Shown here: positions 54,424 through 64,000 of the stretch, piece by piece
Position numbering within the stretch: the stretch's first letter is position 1
Layout: each line of letters opens with the position of its first letter
Assembly: GCF_009914755.1 (NCBI RefSeq)
Contig: NC_060947.1
Direction: 5' to 3' (one strand)
Origin: the human T2T-CHM13v2.0 reference genome, Homo sapiens
DNA: 64,000 bases
Notes under the pieces: model-generated
Databases searched by the model: none
Told to the model about the DNA's origin: nothing
Seen by the model: the letters and a program-made list of their open reading frames with translations, nothing else
Position numbers and translations under genes: made by a program

Positions 54424-55795
54424 TCAAGGGCTCTCAGGTTAGCTTGTGGTGATTCCTGCCTGGCCTGATACTCACCTTTCAGGGCAGTGGGTACCCCTCT
54501 GGCCCAGGGTATGTGTAGAAATGCTGTCCAATAGTCAAGACCTGGAATCAGAGACCCCAGGAGCTGCTTGGTATTCTACTCCTCTGTGACTAAGCTGGTA
54601 CCTAAGGTGCAAGACAAAGCCTTCTTTACTTTTCCCTCCATTTTTCTCAAGTAGAAGGAGTCTCTCTCCATAGCCAGCACAGCTGGGAAAGTACTGAGTC
54701 TCACCTGAAGCCCACAGCATTCTACCTTGGTATTGCTGCTGGTTATTCAGGGCCCAAGGGCTATTTAGTCAGCAGGTAATGGGTCCTGCCAGGACTGGGT
54801 TCTTCCTTTCAAGGTAGCAGGTTCCCTTCTGGCCCAGGGTGTGCCTAGAAATGTCCTCCGGGAGCTAGGGCCTGAAAAGGGGGCCTCCCAGCTGAACTGT
54901 ACCCTATCCTGCTGTGGCTAAGCCGGTATTCAAGATGCAAGACGAAGTCCTCTTTAGCCTTCCCTCTCTTCTCCTCAAGTGGAAGGAAGGGGTCTTTTTT
55001 GGAGTTGTGGGCTGTGCAGCCTGAGGTTGGGGAGGGGTGGTGCAAGCACTCCCTTAGCCGCCCTGGCTGATGTCCCAGTAGGTCATGTGCCCACCCAGTC
55101 CACTGGCTCTGAGCCCAGTTCCGCACTAGAGGAGTTGCAGTCCTTGTGACCTAGACTGCCTTTCAAGTTTATTTAGAGTCCCAGAGCACTTTAGCCCATG
55201 GTAGTGATGCTTGCAGGAACTCAAGTTCCAACTGCTGGCATGGGTGATTCCCCTCCGGATAGGGCTGGTTTAAATTCTCCCTCTGGGGGCAGGTGTCAGC
55301 TGAGTTCAGCTGGGTTTTGCTTTCTGCTATGGCAGAGCAGCAGTGTGTTCGATGTAATGTCTTACAATTGCAGTGCTCTCCCTCTCTCAAGTGCACAGAT
55401 TCTTTCTCTGTACCATGTGGCTACTTCTGGGGGATAGGGGTGGGGTGGCATCTGCAATTCAAGACTGTCTTTCCTACCCGCTTTAATGCCTCTTTCAGTG
55501 AAATGAAACTAAAACCAAGTACTACGAGTGCTCACCTGATTTTTGGTTCTTATGAAGGTGATATTTTTGTGTGTAGATAGTTGTTAAACTGGTGTGATTG
55601 CAGGAGGATAATAAGTAGAGCCTTCTATTTGGCCATCTTACTCTGCCCCTCTAGGTAATTTCTTTTAAAATTAAACATTTGCTTAACGTATGATATATAA
55701 ACCCTACTTCTAGGTATTTACCCAAGAGAAATAAAAACTTATGTCCACACAAAAACTCCTATACAAATTTTCATAGCATCTTTTTTAACAATAGC

Positions 55796-55981
55796 CAGTG
55801 GAGTACTGGTAAACTGGCTCCCCCATTAAAAATGCCCTGATTTGCCAGTTTCTTTGGTGTAAATACTGCCACTATGGTTGATTTAAAGCTACTAATTTGA
55901 CATCACTGAACGGTGGAGTTGAAAAGAGATGTGCACAATCAGCTCCTGTATGCTGGTATGAGCCAGCTTCAGCAAACCACT
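55796..55981 (-). mobile_element. MER63A hAT-Blackjack MITE
   Basis: ggtgtaaatactgccac; aagagatgtgcacaatcagctc; TIRs cagtggagtactgg / cagcaaaccact. Confidence 0.88.
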
Positions 55982-56851
55982 TACATATTGCTCAAAACTG
56001 GAAATATACCTCATATGTTCATCAAAAGGTGGGTGGTAAAAGAAATTGTGGTATATTCAGTACAATGGCATGTCATTCACCAATGAAAAGGAATAAACTC
56101 TGAATGCATGCTACGACATGGATGAATCTTAAAGACATTATGTTGAATGAAAGAAATCCATACACAAAAGAGTACATAATGTATGACTCCATGTATATGA
56201 AATTCCAGAAATGAAAACTAAAAGTAAATGACAGAAAATTCAATTGTTCTCAGAGTCTTGAAGTGGGGTTGGAGTGAAGGTGATTTTGATGGTATTACAT
56301 GGGTGAATATAGTTATCAAAATTCACCAAACGGTATTCTTTAAAAATGGGTGAAGTCTATTATATGTTAATTATATCTCAATAAAGTTTATTTAAAACAT
56401 TTATATTTTCTAGCTTTTGTACACTAACTAGTAAGATCTCCCTCTGGTTTATGTGCATTAATTTGACTTTCCATTACTGGAAGAATGTAGTGTTATTTGT
56501 AAAAACAGAAAATTAAATATGTATTCTTACTTTTAGAGCATTCATAAAGGTATTAAACAAGAGTAGTTCCAACACCCTGGAAAAGCCCATTCTTAATACC
56601 TCTCAATCTAAAAAAGTGTCCTTTAATCCCTAATCTTTCTATACTGCCTTTATATTGGTTTCCTATTTGTCTCTCCTTTCCACCACCCATTCTCCATACT
56701 CAGGACTGGTCCCCATGTGGTATATACAGAGTAGACATAATGTTCATCATGTACCACCTAAAATGATCAACTCTCACACAATAATAATATCAGCTAGTAA
56801 ATAACACCTGCTAATAAAGCTAGTAAAATAATTAATACAGAAAATACTTAT

Positions 56852-57355
<504 letters not shown>

Positions 57356-57427
57356 ACCTTTGCTTATAAATAACTTCGTTCTTCAAGTTACAGAATTTTT
57401 TATAACAAACACAAAAATAAGTCACTG

Positions 57428-57723
<296 letters not shown>

Positions 57724-57819
57724 TCAGTTCCATGGCAAATGCAAAATGGAAGACAACATTGTTCTTTTCATTGGAGTCATAGAAACCAAAAATTTGAACA
57801 GTATGTACAATACAGCCCT

Positions 57820-58015
57820 AATTTTATTACTGCATATTACACACACATATAGATACATACATAAAAATCCATGTAAGAGACTTCAAAGATAAAAACCAAA
57901 ATGTTATAGCTTATCTCTGTTTGGGGACATTATATATAAAATATTTTTTCCTTCTTCATGCATTTCTGTATTTCCCAAATGGTGTGCAATAAATATGTTT
58001 ATAATTTGAAAAAAG
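57820..58015 (+). mobile_element. L1ME-type 3' fragment
   Basis: accaaaatgttatagcttatctctg...ttctgtatttcccaaat. Confidence 0.55.
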
Positions 58016-58049
58016 TCAGTATCTTTTCAACTGTGCACTGATTCTATTT

Positions 58050-58790
58050 TAAATATTCCCTGGCATACTATGGTATTGAATAATCTTTGCAGTAAGTCAA
58101 AAGTTCTCTTCCCTCAAACGGTAAAGATCCAGGAACATTCAAGTTAGTCCTGGTGTGATACCTGTTTTATAGGATAATTTCATATACTATTTTATACTAC
58201 TCATAATGGTTTGGCTTTGTGAATCTCAACACGCATGGCTTTTAAGCAAATGCTGCAAACAACATTATGACAATCAATTTGTTTTACCATACACTTTGGA
58301 AAAGAGATAGATTAATTGAAAATTTACATGCAATAGCATGGGAGTAATTATATGTACTACGCCAAATTTACTTATGATAATAGACATAATTGGATAATTC
58401 TTTAATGTACGATTTTAATAAGGGCATTAAAGAAATTGGGAAAGTTGAAGAACATCTAATCATTTCTGAATTATAATTGCAAATGAGTGCAGATGACCTA
58501 ATCTGCTTACGTAAATGATAATTATTAATTTAGCAATTGTACAAATGAGCTCAAAATATGAACTACAATAATTACAATACAAACCAATAACTTCCTTGTC
58601 TGCCATTTGCACAAATGATTAAATTATATGAGGAATGTTTCCTCTATACTTTAAAAGCTAATGTAAATTTAAGAACCCAGGGAAATTATTAGTGTAATTA
58701 AAACTAATAGGTATACACAAATATGGAAAACAGACAGCTGGATTTATAAATCTTGAAGAAAGGACATTTTATTTCTACTTTAAATGTTAA
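58050..58790. promoter_or_regulatory. Candidate conserved non-coding element or developmental enhancer
   Basis: Non-repeat AT-rich block dense in TAAT/ATTA and CANNTG, plus TTACGTAA; conservation not verified. Confidence 0.45.
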
Positions 58791-58855
58791 TATCATGCAT
58801 CTTTCATTGTAAGTGTAATAAATAATGTATCACTAGAAAAATAATAACACTTCCC

Positions 58856-59213
<358 letters not shown>

Positions 59214-59385
59214 CTACATATTTCAGTTAACCAAGGGCACTAATTGGAAACCCAAGATAATTTTCGAAACGTCTTTAAATGCCAAATGCATTTTATTATA
59301 TTGTGATTCACCTTGACAGAGTTTGTACAAGAAAGAATGGGGGGGAGGGCGAGAAACATCAGAAAAATGCAGCATTTTAGATCTA

Positions 59386-59388
<3 letters not shown>

Positions 59389-59416
<28 letters not shown>
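59389..59416. repeat. (TG)n microsatellite
   Basis: Seen directly. Confidence 0.97.
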
Positions 59417-59519
59417 GTGGAGAGAAGATGCACAAAAATCTCTGTTAATTAAGTAGTGGCTGAGCCCAGGAAGTTCCAGAAATGAAGGTAGGCATGGGGG
59501 TAGTTGACTCTGGATGATG

Positions 59520-60070
59520 GAGGAATCAGTTCTTCTGTGGGGCGAGGAGCCCCCACCGGTTCTTGGCCCGTGCCCAGCTGCCCAGCCTCGGCCTGCGCCT
59601 TTCACCAACCGCTGTTGAGTTCCTTTGCGAGTCCTTGTTTACCCCTTCAAATCGCTCCAGTTTGACCAGGGCGCAACCCGCCCGGCCAGGTGGGCATGTG
59701 CTGTGGAGGGCCCGTGACTTCGGGTGACAGGCTCAGGCGAGTCCAAGGCGCCTTGTCACTTTCACAGGTGTGCGTCCTTCCAAACCAAGCGGGGTAGGAT
59801 GTAGGGGAACTCACTGGTAAGCCAAGCTGGCCATAACTGAGACACCCGCCCCTACATCCCTTGCAGTCAAATGAGGGCAGCAGGCTGGACCTACCATAAA
59901 GAGGGAGGGACACTGGCAGCGCGGCCTGGAGAACTGGTCTGGCAGTGGCAGGTCCAAGGGCGGCCACTGGGGCCGTTTACTGGGGCGCCACCGCGGCTCT
60001 GGTGGCCCTCACCCTTGGTGTCCAGGGCAGCCTCTCACAGCCCCTCCTCCTGTGCCATCAACCCAACGAT
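59520..60070. promoter_or_regulatory. Weak CpG-island-like GC-rich segment
   Basis: About 25 CpGs counted by eye in 59521-60000, in non-repeat sequence of an otherwise CpG-depleted window. Confidence 0.55.
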
Positions 60071-60129
60071 TCACTAGAGCTTCAGAATGCCGGTTTTGGA
60101 GATTAAGAGAAGTTCCTCAGATCCCAGAC

Positions 60130-60275
60130 AGGCAGCCTGATCTCTCTGCATCTCAGGTTACTTATTTGTAAAATGAAGGCAATAATGGAGCCTACTTTGA
60201 GGCTGCTTTAAGATTCAAGAAAGCAATATGTGTGTTTGGCACATAGATGTTAATTATTAGCATTATCAGTATTAT
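60130..60275 (+). mobile_element. MIR fragment
   Basis: ctctctgcatctcaggttacttatttgtaaaatgaaggcaataat. Confidence 0.75.
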
Positions 60276-60416
60276 ATGTATATGACTCTAGTTACAGCAG
60301 AGCTAGACAACTGTTGGGTCAATAGCCCAATGGAATCTGAAATACACTATTTTGAAAACGATGAGACATATTTCACCTTTAGAAAAAGTACATAAAGCCC
60401 ATGCATGGTTCACACC

Positions 60417-60540
60417 AGTGCTTCTCAAACTTTAAAACACACAGGAATCACCCAGGGATCTACTGAAATGCAAGTCTGGGGTAAAGCCTGTCATTCTGCA
60501 TTTCTAACAAACTCCCAAGTGATACCAATGCTTCTGGTGA
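60417..60540. mobile_element. MER5-type hAT MITE
   Basis: cagtgcttctcaaacttt...gaatcacccaggg...tctgcatttctaacaa. Confidence 0.85.
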
Positions 60541-62505
60541 CAAGGGTGCAAATATAATATAAATCAAACATCCACGTAGTCACCATCCACCTTAACAGAA
60601 ATCATAGTGTCATATCAGAGAATCCATTGCCAAATCCAAGGTTCTGAATATCTGCCTCAAGTTTTTTCTGAGTTTATGGTTTAGCCCTCATCTTTTGAGT
60701 CAATCATTATCATTTTGAGTTAATTTTGTATATGATGTGAGTTAGGAATCAAAATTCTTTCTTGTACTTGTGGATATCCAGTTGTCCTAGAACTATTTGT
60801 TGAAGAGGTTGCTCTTTCCCCATGGAATGAACTTGGAATCCGTGTGGAAAATCAATTGGCCATAGAGGTAAGGGGTTATTTCTGGACTCTCAATTCTGCC
60901 ATATTAGCCTATCCTTACACCAGCATCATACTTAAAAAAAAAAATTCTTTAGCTTTGAAGTAAGTTTTGAAATCAGGAAGTGTGAGACCTCCAACTTCTT
61001 TCTTTTTCAAGATTGTTTTGGCTACTTGGGATCCCTTGCAGTTATATATAAATTTGAAGCTCAGCTTCTCCATTGCTTTAAAGGTGTTAAAAAAAAGAAG
61101 GTGTTCGAATATTTGACAAGGATTATGTTCAATCTATAGGCTAGTTTGAGTTGTACTGACATCTTAACAATATTAAGTTTTCCTACCCATGAACATTGGA
61201 TGTCTTTCCATTTATGTAGAGCTTCTAAAATTTCCTTTAGCAATGTTTTGTGGTTTTCTGTATACAAGTATTTTATCTCCTTATTTAAATTTATTCATAC
61301 GTATTTTATTTTTTTACATACTATTGTAAATTAAATTGCTTTCTTAACTTCCTTTTCAGATTGTTCATTGCAGGTGTACAAAAACACAACTGATTTGTGT
61401 GTTGATGTCATACCATGCAACTTTGCTGAATTTTTTCATCAGCTCTAGTAGCTTTCCTATGAATTGTTTGGAATTTTCTAGATTTTGTATCATTTCATCT
61501 GCAAATAAAGATACATTTACTTCTTTCTTTCCAGTTTCAATATATTTTATTATTTATCTTCATTGTCTAATTACTGGGGCTAGAACTTTCAGTATAATGA
61601 GGAATAGCAGTGGTGAAAGTGGGCATCCTTGTTATATTCCTAATTTTAGGGGGAAAGTTTTCAATCCTTCACTATCGAGTATGATGTTAGCTGTGGGCTT
61701 TTTTGTTTGTTTTTTTATAAATGCCATTCATCTTGATGAGAAAGCTCCCTTTTATGCAGTTTTCTGAGTGTTCTTATCATGAAAGGGTATGGGATTTTGT
61801 CAAATGCCTGTTCTGCCTGAATTAAGTTAATCCTATGGGTTTTTTTTTTCCATTCCATTAGTGTGATGTGTTACATTGATTGATTTTATCATGTTGAACC
61901 ACACTTGCATTGTTGGGATAAATCCCACATGGTTGTGTTGTATAATATTTTTAATGTGCTGTTAGGTTCATTTTGCTATATTACGTTGAGGATTTTTGTA
62001 TCTCTATTCATAAGGGATATTTGTCTGTAATTTTGTTGTTGTTGTTGGGATATTTATCTGGCTTTGGTGTCAAGGTAATGTTGGCCTCATAGGATTAGTT
62101 AGGAAGTGTTCTCTCCTCTTCTATTTTTTGAAAGAATTTAATAAGACTTGGAGTTAATAATTTTTAAAATGTTTGGAAGAATTTACCAGTGAAGCCATCT
62201 GGTCCTGGGCTTTTTATGGTTGGCAGGTTTTTGAATGCTGTTTCGATCTCTTTATGTGTTATAGTCTGTTGAGATTTTCTGTATCTTCTTGTGTCAGTTC
62301 AGATAATTTGTGTGTTTCTAGAAAATTTTCCGTTTTATTTAGTTTATCTAATTTTGGGGGATACAAATATTTATATTATTCTCTTATAATCCCTTGTGTT
62401 TCTGTAAGGTTGGCAGGAATGTTTCCACTTTCATTTCTGATTTTAATTATTTGTGCATTCTGTCCTTTTGTCTTTGTCAACGTAGTCAAAAGTTTGTCAA
62501 TTGTG

Positions 62506-62855
<350 letters not shown>

Positions 62856-63107
62856 CTATTGCTTTTCTCTTCCCTATTTTATTATCTCTAGTCTGATCTT
62901 TATTGTTCCCATCCTTCTACCAGTTTTGGGTATAGTTTACTGTTTTTAGTTGTTCAAGATGTAAAGTTAGATTATTGATTTGAGACCTTTCTTCTTTTTT
63001 AATGTAGGTGTTTGTGCCATAAATTTCCCTCTGAGCACTGCTTTCACTTTCCCATAAGTTTTAGTATGCTGTGTTTTCATATTTATTTGTTTCTAGGTAA
63101 TTTCTTT

Positions 63108-63410
63108 CTTCTTCTTTCTTTTTTTTTTTTTTTTTTTTGACAGGGTGTTGCTCTGTCACCTAGGCTGGAGTGCAGTGGCAAAATCACAGTTCAGGGCAGC
63201 CTTGACCTCCTTGGTCTCAAGTGATGCTTCCAATTCAGCCTCCCTAGTACTGGGGACTACAGGTGTGTGCCACCATGACCTGCTAATTTTTGTATTTTAT
63301 GTGGAGAGGGGGTTTTGCCATGTTGCCCAGGCTGATCTCCAACTCCTGTGCTCAAGTGAACTACCCACCTGGGCCTCTTAAAGGGCTGGGATTACAGGCA
63401 TGAGCCACCA
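63108..63410 (-). mobile_element. AluJ SINE
   Basis: J-like divergence; TSD taatttcttt at 63098 and 63411. Confidence 0.95.
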
Positions 63411-63759
63411 TAATTTCTTTTGCAATTTCTTCTTTGACCATTTTTTAGAGAGTGGGTTGTTTAATCACGACATATTTGTGAAGTTCTAGTTTTTCCTTCT
63501 GTCTTTGATTTACAGCCTCCTTCCATTGTGGCTGGAAAATATACTTTGAATTATTTCAATCTTTCAAAATTTGTTGAGACTTGTTTTGTGGCATAATATA
63601 TGGTCTAGTTTTCCATGTGCACTTGAGAAGAATGTATTCTGCTGTTCAGTAGATAGTTCTATATAATTCCATTAGTTCTTATTGGTTTATAGTGTTGTTC
63701 AAGTCCTCTATCTTCTTATTTCCTATGCCACATTTTAGCTACCCATTCTACTACTGCTG

Positions 63760-64000
63760 GACAATTATATTGGTCATAGTATTTTGCTATTATAAACAAA
63801 GCTTTATTAAAATGTCTCCTTGTGCACATGTTTCTCATACCTAGGAGTGGAATTGCTATGTGTAGGGTATGCACATGTTCAATTGAACTAGCCAATGCCT
63901 ATTTTCCAAAGTGGCTATATCAATTTACATTCCCACCCTCAGGGTATAGTGAGAGTTCTCAGTACTCCACAGCTTGACAATGGTTGGTATTATCAGACTT
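63760..64000 (-). mobile_element. L1M 3' region fragment, cut by window edge
   Basis: atacctaggagtggaattgct; caatttacattcccacc. Confidence 0.8.

Noticed and set aside
59647-59967. 106-aa minus-strand ORF in the GC-rich segment
   Set aside because: Non-ATG start and no recognisable domain; long frames are expected in GC-rich DNA.
59680-60010. CTCF-like motifs (cggccaggtgggca; gccaccgcggctctggtggcc)
   Set aside because: Only partial matches to the core, with mismatches at informative positions; needs a PWM scan.

Overview
Primate (human-like) intergenic or intronic DNA. It is AT-rich and dominated by interspersed repeats: Alu J/S/Y, L1PA/PB/MA/MB/ME, L2, L3/CR1, MIR, MaLR and ERVL solo LTRs, and hAT and Tigger MITEs. 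I found no convincing protein-coding exon, RNA gene, CRISPR array or prokaryotic system. The ORFs with recognisable protein content are decayed L1 ORF1/ORF2 or Alu read-through; the rest look like chance frames. I did not find a new biological system. The most notable observations are mechanistic scars: (1) a twin-primed 5'-inverted L1PB with its TSD; (2) a ~120-bp 5'-inverted L1MA; (3) an L1PA 3' end capped by 25 bp of endonuclease-domain sequence; (4) a near full-length L1MA with several fold-back or templated micro-rearrangements, including a 75-bp duplication around a perfect 13-bp hairpin. Non-repeat islands that look regulatory include a TAAT/E-box-dense block at ~58.1-58.8 kb, a CpG-rich block at ~59.5-60.1 kb, a G4/GC-box at 28.3 kb, and two possible lncRNA exons. 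Repeat subfamily names come from my recollection of consensus sequences, and old-repeat boundaries are approximate; both need RepeatMasker/Dfam confirmation. I cannot place the locus on a chromosome.
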